A DNA stretch of 64,000 nt. Origin: an uncultured Gemmatimonadales bacterium. Its GTDB lineage: Bacteria > Gemmatimonadota > Gemmatimonadetes > Longimicrobiales > Gaopeijiaceae. Shown in pieces: positions 10,751 to 28,158 of this stretch (its first letter is position 1; every line of letters starts with the position of its first letter). A model generated the notes under the pieces. That model was not told where the DNA came from. It saw nothing but the letters and a program-made list of their open reading frames with translations, and did not search any database. The position numbers and the translations under genes were made by a program. The stretch is taken from assembly GCA_963823035.1 (NCBI GenBank), contig CAWGKG010000014.1:128001-192000 (forward strand). Reading direction: 5' to 3'.

Positions 10751-10908
10751 CTAACTTTCCGTGGCACTTCTTGTGTTTCTTCCCACTCCCACACGGGCAC
10801 GGATCGTTGCGGTCCGGGCTCCTTCTCGGCCGTCACCGGTTGCCGATTGCGCTCCTCGCCATCCCGAGCTCGTCCGCGCCCTGTCGGCCCTGGCCGGGCT
10901 GGCGACGA
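10751..10908 (-). pseudogene. Decayed duplicate of the secA 3' end (SEC-C motif)
   Basis: 10760-10860 aligns by eye with secA 13481-13580 (about 13 differences in about 100 nt, including a 1-nt insertion). 10858-10893 aligns with 13682-13717. Encodes [21 protein letters not shown]. Confidence 0.85.
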
Positions 10909-11291
10909 CGTCCGACCGCATTTCTCGGTGCCGATCATCAGGAACGCAGGCAGGTGCTGGACGGCAGTCATGGGACGGACGATGCTCGAAGCGTGTGGCT
11001 CGAAAGGTTGACGAGGAGACGCCGCAGCAAGGTAGGGGACGCTTCACAGCGCCGCGAGCGAAAGCGTCCCATCCAGCTATGGGATAGCAGCCAGGCCGGG
11101 GCTACGTTTCTTCGGTGTATGTTCGGTTTCGGCGGGCAGCGCTTCTCGGTTGTGCCCGCGCCGGCTCTCGCAGACAGCTGCACTCCCACGGAGATCCGCT
11201 CTTGGTTCGCTTCTCTCCAGAATGGCACCCCATCCCGGGCCCAGGCATCCGCCTCGTGCGCGAGGCGCCTCCACCCTTCGCTGCATATGGA

Positions 11292-12730
11292 ATGCCAGGC
11301 AGTCCCGGCCGCGGTTCCGCGACCCCGGCGTCGCCCACCCCGGACCCGCCCTCCCCCGACCCCTTCCACGACGCCGACGCGCTCGACGAGCTGGGGGACG
11401 AGATCGCCACGCTGGCAGGCCATATCCACGCGGCCACGCAGAGACTGCTCGAGCTCCTCGCCGAGTTCGACCGACGCCGCGGCTGGGAGATCGGGGGTCA
11501 CCGCTCGTGCGCCCACTGGCTCGCTTTCCGCACGGGCATCGACCTGGGCGCGGCGCGCGAACGGGTGCGTGCGGCGCGGGCGCTGGTGGAGCTCCCCGAG
11601 ACACGGGCCCGCATGGCGAGGGGCGAACTGTCCTTCGCCCAGGTTCGCGCGCTCACGCGCGTGGCGACGCCCGAGAACGAGGCGAAGCTCCTGGACTTCG
11701 CAGTGGGGAGCACGGCCGCGCAGCTCGAGCGGTTCGTGCGTGGCTGGAAGGTCGGGAGCCGACAGGACGAGGCCGCGTTCGAGCGCGCACGGCACGAGAG
11801 CCGGAGCCTGTCCGTCTTTCCTCGCGACGACGGGATGTACGTGGTCAAGGGTACGCTGGAGCCAGAGGTCGGCGCGCTGCTGATGCGAGCGCTGGAGGCG
11901 GCCGGCGACCAGATCTTCCGGGTCGAGGGCCCGCCGGCCGAGCTGGAGTCCGAAGAGGAGTCGCGTCGCGCGGCGGCGCAGCGGCGCGCGGACGCAATGG
12001 GGCTCCTGGCCGAGCGGGCGTTGGCGGCGGGGTTCGGCCACCGACACGGACGCCGCCAGGAAAGACGAAGCCGACGACGACGATCCGAATGGGGTTCCCG
12101 TCAGCGGCTCCCGAGCCGAGCGCTACCAGGTGGTCCTGCACGTGGACGCGCAGACGCTCTCGGCCGACGGCGAGCCGGAGCGCTCCGAGCTCGATGACGG
12201 CACACGCGTTTCCGCGGAAACGTCTCGACGCCTCTCCTGCGACACGGCGCTGGTGCGAATGGAGCACGGTCCGGGGGGAACGATCCTCGACGTCGGCCGC
12301 CGGACGCGCACGATCCCTCCCGCCCTTCGTCGCGCCCTCGAGGCGCGCGACCGGGGATGCCGCTTCCCGGGATGCGGCCTGCGCTTCACCGACGGCCACC
12401 ACGTGAAGCATTGGGCCGACGGGGGCGAGACGTCACTTGGGAACTGCCTTCTCCTGTGCCACCATCACCACCGCCTCGTGCACGAGGGCGGATGGCGCAT
12501 CGTCTGGTGGGGTGAGGGCCGGCCGGTGTTCATCGACCCGCGTGGCGGGGAGCATTTCGACGGTCGCTGGAAGCCCCCGACCACCGGCCCGCGGCCCGTC
12601 GAGACGCTGATCGCCCAGAACCGGAGCCGCCGCAGTCGACCCGGACGCCTGGACGGCCTCCGCGCGCTGGAGGCGTGAGCGCGAGGTGCCCGACGAGGTC
12701 CTCTTCGGAGCGATGGAGGCTCTTGGCTGA
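11292..12730 (+). CDS. DUF222 domain plus HNH endonuclease (frameshifts near 12050 and 12630)
   Basis: N-terminal LLAEFDRRRGW...SCAHWL...GELSFAQVRALTR; C-terminal RDRGCRFPGC...GHHVKHWADGGETSLGNCLLLCHHHHRLVH. Confidence 0.85.
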
Positions 12731-12765
12731 AGGGCGGTGGCGGCCGCTGTCCTGGCGTAGCCGCG

Positions 12766-13179
12766 TCAAGCATCGCGCGGAACGAGCTTCGGCGCGCCCC
12801 GGAGCTTCACCGCGCCGAAGTCCCTCAGGTCCAGCGTCGCGATGGCTTCGACCCCCAACCGCTCGGCCATCGCCATCACGACCGCGTCGGTCATGCCCAG
12901 GTCGAGATCCCGGTACGCTTCGCAAAGCTCGCTCGCTCGAACGAGGTCCGTAGGCTCCCCCCAGCCGATGACGAACGCACCGCTCGCGAGATCAGCGACG
13001 AATGCCCGCTCCACCTCTCCGCCCAGGTGGGAGAGGATGAGGTAGTCGACCTCTGGCAGGATCGCCCACGGAAGGACCCAGCCCTGTGGATCCGCATCGA
13101 ACAGGGCGACCATCTGCTCGTGATGGGGATCGTCCGCGTCGATGAGCGCCACGACGGCGCCGGTGTCGGCGACCGTCAA
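12766..13179 (-). CDS. vapC: PIN-domain (VapC-like) toxin
   Basis: VADTG, LPEVDY, LGMTDA and IATLDLRDF provide the PIN acidic tetrad. Overlaps the antitoxin stop. Confidence 0.88.
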   Translation of the reverse strand: MTVADTGAVVALIDADDPHHEQMVALFDADPQGWVLPWAILPEVDYLILSHLGGEVERAFVADLASGAFVIGWGEPTDLVRASELCEAYRDLDLGMTDAVVMAMAERLGVEAIATLDLRDFGAVKLRGAPKLVPRDA

Positions 13180-13415
13180 TCCCCTCGACCCAGTCCTTCC
13201 AGCAACTCCTCGGCCCGATCGGAGAGGTTCTTCCCGCCGCTGCGTCCCGCGCTGATGCTCCGCGGTCGGGGCCTGGCCGCGGCAGACCTGTGGGCGTACT
13301 CCGAGACGGCCTCGCGCACCATCTCCGCGGCGGTGCGGCCGTCGCGGTCCGCGAGGAGCTTCAGGCGCTCGTAGTCCGCCGCGTCCAGGTACACGGTGGT
13401 CTTGATCGTAGGCAT
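13176..13415 (-). CDS. vapB: CopG/ribbon-helix-helix antitoxin
   Basis: 79 aa with RHH pattern KTTVYL...LADRDGRTAAEMVREAV, directly upstream of the PIN gene. Confidence 0.85.
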   Translation of the reverse strand: MPTIKTTVYLDAADYERLKLLADRDGRTAAEMVREAVSEYAHRSAAARPRPRSISAGRSGGKNLSDRAEELLEGLGRGD

Positions 13416-13420
13416 GACAT

Positions 13421-13450
13421 AGGGTATATGGCAGCCATACGTTCGGTCAA
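13421..13450 (-). promoter_or_regulatory. Putative sigma70 promoter of the toxin-antitoxin pair with a palindromic operator
   Basis: Minus strand TTGACC-N18-TACCCT-N5-ATG. The spacer contains the inverted repeat TATGGC-n-GCCATA (13427-13439). Confidence 0.6.
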
Positions 13451-13469
13451 GGCCGGAGCGCTCGCCGAC

Positions 13470-16822
<3,353 letters not shown>

Positions 16823-16868
16823 GGAGCAACACTTGGAGGATCGTAAACCCGGATTCAGAGCAGGCCGT

Positions 16869-16897
16869 ATTATACTCGGAAGCCGCCCGGAAGATCA
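16869..16897 (-). promoter_or_regulatory. Putative secA promoter (-10 box)
   Basis: Perfect TATAAT on the minus strand at 16874-16869 in a GC-rich divergent intergenic region. The -35 match is weak. Confidence 0.45.
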
Positions 16898-17037
16898 CCC
16901 TCCGCGCCCGATGGACCTTTCGCCGGCCCCGCGTTGTTGGGGGCGAGGCGCGGGTAGTACATTACCCGCTCGTTTTCTCCGGCGCCCGAACGCCGCCTCG
17001 ACCCTGTGTCTCAAGGGCTTATCGCATTCCGCATCTT

Positions 17038-17661
17038 GTGAGAATTCATCTGTTTACGCTCGCGCTCGCGATGAGCTTCGCGCTCCCGACCGGTGGTTAC
17101 GCGCAGACCGTGTCGGAGGCGAGTGCCGGCGCCGGGCAGCTGCGACCGGGCGACGTGGTGCGGCTGCGGATCTGGCGCGAGCCGGACATGTCGGGTGAGT
17201 TCACGGTGGACGAGACGGGCGTGGTGGTCTTCCCCCGCGTCGGTGAGTACAACGTCCTGCGAGGACACGCCGGAGTCGCTCGAGCCAGCGCCTCCAGGCC
17301 GACTACCGCATCTACCTGGTCAACCCGTCGATCGAGGTCACGGTGCTGCGCCGCGTGCGCATCATGGGGGCCGTGAACCGGCCGGGGCTCTTCCCGGTGG
17401 ACCCCACGATCACCGTGGCCGACGCGCTCGCGATGGCGGGCGGAGCCACGCCGCTCGGCGACCCGGACAAGCTCCAGGTCCTCCGCAACGGGTCGCGCAT
17501 CGACGTGGACGTCAGCCAGGACACGCGCATCGCCGACTCCCCGATCCAGTCCGGGAGATCAGCTCTGGGTGCCGGAGCGTAGCTGGTTCGCCCGCAACAC
17601 CGGCATCGTGGCGGCCGCCATCACCGGCGCCGTGACCCTCCTCGCCGTTCTGCTCCGGTGA
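17038..17661 (+). CDS. wza: Polysaccharide export protein (Wza/OPX family, short; frameshifted)
   Basis: Signal peptide, LRPGDVVRLRIWREPDMSGEFTVDETG (Poly_export), GAVNRPG...TVADALAMAGG (SLBB) and a hydrophobic C-terminus. Confidence 0.8.
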
Positions 17662-17675
17662 GGCCCGCCCACGCC

Positions 17676-20137
17676 ATGGAGCCGCACGGCAACGCGCTCA
17701 CCAACGGGGCCCATCCGGACGACGAGATCCACCTGCGCGACGTCTGGAACCTGCTCCTGCGCAACTGGCTGATCATCGCGCGTCGCCCTCGTGGTGACCG
17801 TGGGCGCCACGGCCGCGTACACCTGCTGGGCGGTGCCGGTCTACGAGTCGATCACGTCGATCCGCGTCGAGGAGGAGCGCACGGACCTCCCGGTGCTGGA
17901 CGTGCTGCGAGACGCTCTCCGCGGGGAGCGAGGTCGAGACGGAGATGGAGGTGGTGCGCAGCCGCACCATCGCCGAGGACGTGGTCGAGGCGCTGGGGCT
18001 GCAGGTCATGGTGCGCCAAGCCGCGCGGCGCGGCGCGCGCCGAGCTGATGGTCGCGTCGTCGGTCTTCGTCGAGCGGTGGGCGCCCGAGGGGACGTACGT
18101 CCTCCGGCGCCAGGCCGACGGGTCGTTCTCGATCACGAACGAGGAGGACGGCGCCGACGCTGGGCACCGCGTCGAGCTCCACGGCCGGCCGCCCTCCCCG
18201 GCGCGACCTTCCAGCTCACGGAGGCCGCCGCCGACCACGCGGAGATCGTGGTGGAGGTGAAGACGTTCGAGAAGGCGGTCGAGGACCTGCAGGAAGCGAT
18301 CACGGTCGCGCGCCCGAACCGCGAGGCCAGCATCATCACGGTGCGCTACCAGAGCACGGACACGCAGTTCGTGCACAGCGTGCCCAACCTGATCGCCGCG
18401 CGCTTCATCGACCGCGGCAAGGCGATCCGCAAGACGGAGGCGCGCAGCACGGTCGCCTTCCTCACCCAGCAGATCGACACGCGTGGGCCGACGGCTCACG
18501 GGCGCGGAGGAGTCGCTGCAGGACTTCCGCGAGGTCGAGCAGGTGGTGAGCATCCAGGCCGAGGCCGACGCCCAGGTCGCGCAGCTCTCGCAGCTCCAGG
18601 CCGACCGCAACACGATCGAGGCCGAGCGGGACGCGCTGTCCACGCTGGTCACGGAGATCGACCAGGAGGCGGCCACGGCCGATCCGGGCGGTGCCGTCTC
18701 CGTACGCGCGGCTGATCTCGTTCCCGACGCTCTTCCGCAACCAGGCCGCCGGCGAGCTGCTGCGCACCCTGAACGAGGCGAACGCCGCAGCGCGCCGTCG
18801 CTGCTCCGCCAGCGCACGATGCAGGACCCGGACGTGATCGCCGTCACGAACCGCATCCACCAGATCGAGACGCAGCTCCGCAACACGGCGCTGACCTACC
18901 TCCAGGGCCTCGAGAACCAGGTGGCCGGCTACGACCGGATGCTCGCCCAGTTCTCGACGGAGCTGGAGCGGATTCCGGGGAAGGAGATCCAGCTCGCGCG
19001 CCTGCAGCGGCAGCAGAAGGTGCTGGAGGAGATCTTCACGCTCCTGCAGAACCGCCTGCAGGAGGCGCGCATCCTGGAGGCCGTGGACGACCCGACGGTG
19101 CGCACGGTCGATCCGGCCATCCTCCCGAGCGAGCCGGTCAAGCCGCGCACGATGCTGAACCTCCTGCTCGGCGTGGTGCTGGGCGGGATGCTCGGCGTGG
19201 GCATCGCCTTCCTGCGCGAGTACATGGACGAGACGGTCCACACCCGCGAGGACGTGCAGGCCGCCGCGGGCGGCGCGCCGGTGCTGGGCATGATCCCGCG
19301 CATCCGCACGGTGGGCATGAACGGGCGCGCCGAGGAGGCCGTGGTGCCGGGCGAGCTGGGCGCCCGCCTGGTGGCGGGGCGCGACCCGCGCAACCCGGTG
19401 TCGGAGGCGTACCGGAGCCTGCGCACGAACCTGACGTTCGCGAACCTGGAGCGGCCACCGAAGACGATCGTCTTCACCAGCGCCCTGCCCCAGGACGGGA
19501 AGAGCACGAGCGCGGCCAACCTGTCGATCACCCTCGCGCAGCAGGGGATCCGCACGCTCCTCGTCGACGCCGACCTCCGCCGGGGCGTGCTCCACAACGT
19601 GTTCGGCGTGGAGCGCGAGCCGGGGCTGACCAACGCGCTGACGGGCACCTGCGACGTGACCGAGGCGATCCGCCAGATCGACCTGGGCGAGAGCGGCACG
19701 GCTGGACTTCCTGCCGAGCGGGCCGTATCCGCCGAACCCGGCCGAGGTGCTGGGCTCGCAGCGCATGCGCGCGCTCCTCGAGAAGGTCGAGGGCGCTGTA
19801 CGACCTGGTCGTGATCGACTCGGCGCCGCTCACCGCCGTGACCGACGCGGCCGTGCTCGGCACCAAGGCCGACGGCGTGATCCTGGTGGCCCGCGCCAAC
19901 GTCACCGAGCGGGGCGCCCTCACCTACGCGGTGCAGCAGCTGCACAGCGTGCGCGCGCCCATCCTGGGCTGCATCCTCAACGACGTCGATTTCCGCCGCG
20001 ACTCCCGCTACCACAGCGCGTACGGCAAGTACGGCTACTACTACGCGTACTACTACGCCGACAACGAGAAGCGGCGGAAGCGCGAAGCCAGGCGAAGGGC
20101 TCCGTCCGGCTCCTCCTCGAAGAAGTCGAGGCTCTAG
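17676..20137 (+). CDS. wzc: Polysaccharide co-polymerase/BY-kinase Wzc (several frameshifts)
   Basis: EIHLRDVW, EAYRSLRTNL, Walker A SALPQDGKST, LVDADLRR, IDSAP and Tyr cluster YHSAYGKYGYYYAYYY. Confidence 0.9.
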
Positions 20138-20157
20138 GCCGCGCGGACGCCGGCGCC

Positions 20158-21495
20158 CTACCCCTTCTTGACCACCCAGCGCGGCATGCCCGGGATCAGA
20201 TCGGTGCCCTTCAAGTGCCGCGTCGCGTTGCGTGCGTCCACGAGCACGCGGGACTAGGTCACCACGCGCTGGTAGTCGAACGACGAGTGGTCGGTGAGGA
20301 TCACCACGGCGTCGGCCGCCTGGAGCGCCTCGTCCGTCAGCTCGACGGAAGCCATCTCGGGGCTGCCGTCCTCGTCCGCGTGGATCTCCGGCACGTACGG
20401 GTCGTGGTAGGCCACCTCGGCCCCATCCGCCTGCAGCAGCCCGAGGATGTCCAGCGCCGGGGACTCACGCAGGTCGTCGATGTCCTTCTTGTAGGCCACG
20501 CCGAGCAGCAGCACGCGTGAGCCGTTCACCGCCTTGCGGATGCTGTTGAGCGCCTCGCGCACCTTCCCCACCACGAAGAGCGGCATCTCGGCGTTGATCT
20601 CCGAGGCCAGCTCGATGAAGCGGGTCTTGTAGTTGAGCGTGCGCATCTTCCACGACAGGTAGTGCGGGTCGACGGGGATGCAGTGCCCGCCCAGGCCGGG
20701 CCCGGGCGTGAACTTCATGAAGCCGAACGGCTTGGTGGCCGCGGCGTCGATCACCTCGTAGACGTCCACGCCCAGCCGGTCGGCGATGATCGCCGTCTCG
20801 TTCACCAGCCCGATGTTCACGGCCCGGAAGGTGTTCTCGAGGATCTTGGCCATCTCGGCCGCCTCGGTCGACGACACGGGCACCATGGTGTCGATGAAGC
20901 GCTCGTAGAGCGCCACGCCCGCCTCCGTGCACGCCGGCGTGATGCCGCCGATGACCTTCGGCGTGTTCTTGGTCTGCCACGTCGGGTTGCCGGGGTCGAC
21001 GCGCTCCGGGCTGAAGCAGAGGAAGAAGTCCTCGCCCACCTTGAGGCCGGCGCGCTCGAGCGCGGGGAGCAGGATCTCGCGCGTGGTCCCCGGATAGGTC
21101 GTGGACTCCAGGGCGACGAGCTGACCGGGGCGGAGCGTGGCCGCCACGGCTTCGGTGGACGCGAGGATGAAGCTGACGTCGGGGTCGCGCGTCTTGGACA
21201 GCGGCGTCGGGACGCAGATCGACAGCGCGTCGCATTCGGTCATGCGCGACATGTCCGTGGTGGCCTGGAAGAGCCCCTGATCCACGAGCGGCTTCAGCAC
21301 TTCGGACGGGACGTCCTGGATGTGCGAGTGGCCGGCGTTGAGCCCCTCCACGACGTGCGCCTTCACGTCGAAGCCGAGCACGGGAATGCCCGCCTGCGCC
21401 GCCTCGACGGCGAGCGGGACGCCCACGTACCCGAGTCCGATGATGCCGAGCTTCACGTCGTCGGTGCGAAAATGGTCTACGGAGACCTTGGTCAT
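20158..21495 (-). CDS. UDP-N-acetylhexosamine 6-dehydrogenase (WbpA/WecC/TviB family)
   Basis: GLGYVG, CVPTP, ESTTYPGTT, SPERVDPG, GGHCIPVDP and DLRESP. The conserved tail VLVDARNA continues in frame past a TAG at 20254-20256 to a TAG at 20158. Confidence 0.9.
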
Positions 21496-21573
21496 GGAGG
21501 ATCCGGGGAGGTTCAGCAGGTACTGCGGGTGCGAGGAAGCTAAAACGCCTCGCGGGGCCTTACCAGCGGCACG

Positions 21574-25268
<3,695 letters not shown>

Positions 25269-25272
<4 letters not shown>

Positions 25273-26057
25273 CTGCCGCCCACCCCTCCCCACAGCCGCA
25301 TGATGGCGTCGGCCGTGCGCGGCCCGGCAGCCACCAGGTTGGGGAGGTCCGGCTCGCGCTGGTTGAAGGGCGGCTCGGAGCCGTTCGCGAGCGTGACGCG
25401 CCCGCCGGCCGCGCGGACCAGCGCGGTACCGCCCGCCACGTCCCACTCGCTCTTCGGCACCAGCGTCCAGGTCGCGTCGGCCTTGCCGGCCGCCACGCGC
25501 CCCATCTTGTACGCCACGGACCCGCAGGCGCGCACGGTGAACTTCGCGCCCTCGAAGGCGGCCCACTCGCCGCGCTTCACCTCGGAGCGGCTGGCCAGGA
25601 TCTCGGCGCCCACCAGCGAGCCGCGGTCACGCACCTCGGCCCGCTTGCCGTTGAACGTCACGCCGGTGTCCAGCGAGCCGAGGATCAGCTCGCGCGTGGC
25701 CGGGTTGAACACGCCGCCCGCCACGGGGACGCCCTGCTCCACCAGGCCGATCGAGATGCACCACTCGGGGATGCCCTCGACGAACTCGCGCGTGCCGTCG
25801 ATGGGATCCACCACCCACACGCGCTCGCACTTGAGACGAGACCTGTCGTCCTTGGTCTCCTCGCTGAGCCACCCCTCCCCCTTCTGGGGCAGGAGCTCGC
25901 GAAGAACGGCGTCCACGGCGTGATCCGCCTCCGTCACCGGGTCCTCGCGCTCCGCCTTCACCTCGAAGGCGATGTCGCCGGGCGTGAAGGGGCGAATCGC
26001 CTCGGCCGCGGCGTGCAGGGCGCGGTGGATGCGCTCGAGATCTCGGGTACGGTTCAC
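25269..26057 (-). CDS. cysQ: 3'(2'),5'-bisphosphate nucleotidase / inositol monophosphatase family
   Basis: DPVTEAD, WLSEE, WVVDPIDGTREF and SEWDVAGG. Confidence 0.8.
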
Positions 26058-26095
26058 GTCTCGTCCTCTCAGGGAAGATGGCTGCTATGGAAAAG

Positions 26096-26968
26096 TTAGC
26101 GCCGGCCGTGGACCGGTGCATCACGTTGGGGCTCGTCCAGGTAGCGGCGCAGCGCGGCGCGCCAGGGCTCCATCGCCCGCCCGAGGAAGGCCTCCGTGGC
26201 CCCCACGTCGAGCACCGAGTACTCCGGACGGGGCACGTCCGGCCAGAACTCGGCCCGTTCGGTCTCGGCGATCTCCGCTTCCAGGCCGGCGACGGCCAGC
26301 ACCTCGCGCGCCTGCTCGAGACGGCTCGCCTCCCCGGCGTCCGCCACGTGCCAGACGCCGGCCGGCGCCTCCCGGCTCAGGAGATCGACCACGTTCGCCA
26401 CGACGTTGGCGGTCCAGGAAGGGCGGCTCCATTGGTCGCGGACCAGCTGAAGGACACGGCCGGCGCGCGCGCTGGCGAGCACGTACTCCACGAAGCCCGT
26501 ACGCTCGCCACCGAACAGCCAGCTCACGCGCACGACGAGCGCGTCGGGCGCCGACTCCGCCACCGCATCCTCCCCCTCCGCCTTGCTCCTCGCATAGGCG
26601 CTGAGCGGGTTTCGGGGATGATCCGGGGCGTACGGCGAGCGCTCCCGCCCGTCGAAGACGTAGTCGGTCGAGAAATGCACGATCCGTGCCCCGGCGCCCG
26701 CCGCGGATCGGGCGACGTTCCGCGCGCCGTCGCGGTTCACGCGGAACGCCTCCTCCGGCTCGGCCTCGGCCTGATCCACGCGGGCGCACGCCGAGCAGTT
26801 CAGCACGGCGTCCGGACGGGCGTCGGCGACGGCGCGCGCGACCGCGTCGGCGTCGGTCACGTCCAGCTCGGCGTGCCCCAGCGCGACCGTGTCGTGGCCC
26901 ATGCCCGGGAGCCGCCGGCGGAACTCGCCTCCCAGGAGCCCGCCGGCTCCGGTCACGAGCAGCCTCAC
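26096..26968 (-). CDS. rfbD: dTDP-4-dehydrorhamnose reductase
   Basis: LLVTGAGGLLG, HFSTDYVFDG, YARSK and RPEYSVLD. GTG start at 26968. Confidence 0.9.
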   Translation of the reverse strand: MRLLVTGAGGLLGGEFRRRLPGMGHDTVALGHAELDVTDADAVARAVADARPDAVLNCSACARVDQAEAEPEEAFRVNRDGARNVARSAAGAGARIVHFSTDYVFDGRERSPYAPDHPRNPLSAYARSKAEGEDAVAESAPDALVVRVSWLFGGERTGFVEYVLASARAGRVLQLVRDQWSRPSWTANVVANVVDLLSREAPAGVWHVADAGEASRLEQAREVLAVAGLEAEIAETERAEFWPDVPRPEYSVLDVGATEAFLGRAMEPWRAALRRYLDEPQRDAPVHGRR

Positions 26969-28158
26969 CGCCGCCCGAGCTCCGCGCGGTAGAGGGCGCC
27001 CAGCTCCTCGGCCAGCCGCGCCACCGAGAAGCGCCCCGCCACCGCCGCACGCACGCCGTCGGGAACGGGGGGCCCGGCCAGCTCCTCCTGGAGCGCATCG
27101 CCCCACGCCTCCGCCCCGGCGGAGCGCGGCACCACCCGGCCCGCGCCCGCACCCTCGAGCACCTCGGCCACCCCGCCCACGTCGCGCGCCACCACCCGCG
27201 TGCCGGCGGCCAGCGCCTCCAGCAGGGCCACCGGCGTGCCCTCGTCGTGCGAGGTGAGGGCCACCGCGTCGAGGGCGCCGTAGAGCTCGGGAAGATCCCG
27301 GCGCCATCCGAGCCAGCGTACGGCGCCCTCGAGCCCCAGCGAGGCGGCCAGCGCCTTCAGCGAGGCCTCCCGCTCCCCCGCCCCGATCACCACGGCCGTG
27401 GCGCCCGGAAGGCGGCGGCGCAGGGCGGCGACCCCCTCCAGGAAGAGCTCGTGGTTCTTGATCGGGACCATCCGCCCCACGATGCCGACGGCCGGCGTGG
27501 CGTCGTCGAGGTCGAGCGTGCCACGGACGCGTGCGCGCGTTGTCCGCCGGTCCACCTCGACGAAGCGCTCGAGCTCGAGCCCGAGGGGCACGACCGCGAA
27601 CTTCCCCGCGGGCGCCACGCCCAGCTCCTCGGCCATCTGGCGTGCCTGGCGGCGGGTCAGCACCACCAGGCGCGACGTGGCCCGCGCGAGCTGGCGCTCG
27701 ATCTCCAGGAAGACGCGGGTGCGCCGCGGGCTGAAGTAGTCGCCACCGAGGACGTGGCCGTGGAAGGTGTGGACGCGCACGGGCACCCCCGCGAGGATGG
27801 CGGCCACCCGCCCCAGCGTGCCGGCCTTGGCCGTGTGCGTGTGCACGACGTCCGGGCGCTCCCGGCGAAAGAGGCGCCAGAGCGACCAGAGCGTGCGCAG
27901 GTCGTCGAGCGGGCTGATCTCCCGGGACATCCCCTCCAGGCGGACCACGGCCACGCCGCGCTCCTCGGCGTAGTACTCCATGTCGCCCTCGCCGCGCGCG
28001 ACCGAGCCGGCGATCAGGCGCGTGCGCCACGGCCCGTCGTTCATGGAGCGCGCCAGGTTCACGACGTGCATGGCGGGCCCGCCCACGTTCAGGCGGGCGA
28101 TGACGCGGTGGATGAGCACGGGACGGCCGTCCGGTGCGTGGTGCTCGGCACCGCTCAC
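26965..28158 (-). CDS. Glycosyltransferase family 4
   Basis: IARLNVGGPA, HTHTAKAG, VGRMVPIKN and EGTPVALLE. Confidence 0.9.
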   Translation of the reverse strand: MSGAEHHAPDGRPVLIHRVIARLNVGGPAMHVVNLARSMNDGPWRTRLIAGSVARGEGDMEYYAEERGVAVVRLEGMSREISPLDDLRTLWSLWRLFRRERPDVVHTHTAKAGTLGRVAAILAGVPVRVHTFHGHVLGGDYFSPRRTRVFLEIERQLARATSRLVVLTRRQARQMAEELGVAPAGKFAVVPLGLELERFVEVDRRTTRARVRGTLDLDDATPAVGIVGRMVPIKNHELFLEGVAALRRRLPGATAVVIGAGEREASLKALAASLGLEGAVRWLGWRRDLPELYGALDAVALTSHDEGTPVALLEALAAGTRVVARDVGGVAEVLEGAGAGRVVPRSAGAEAWGDALQEELAGPPVPDGVRAAVAGRFSVARLAEELGALYRAELGRR

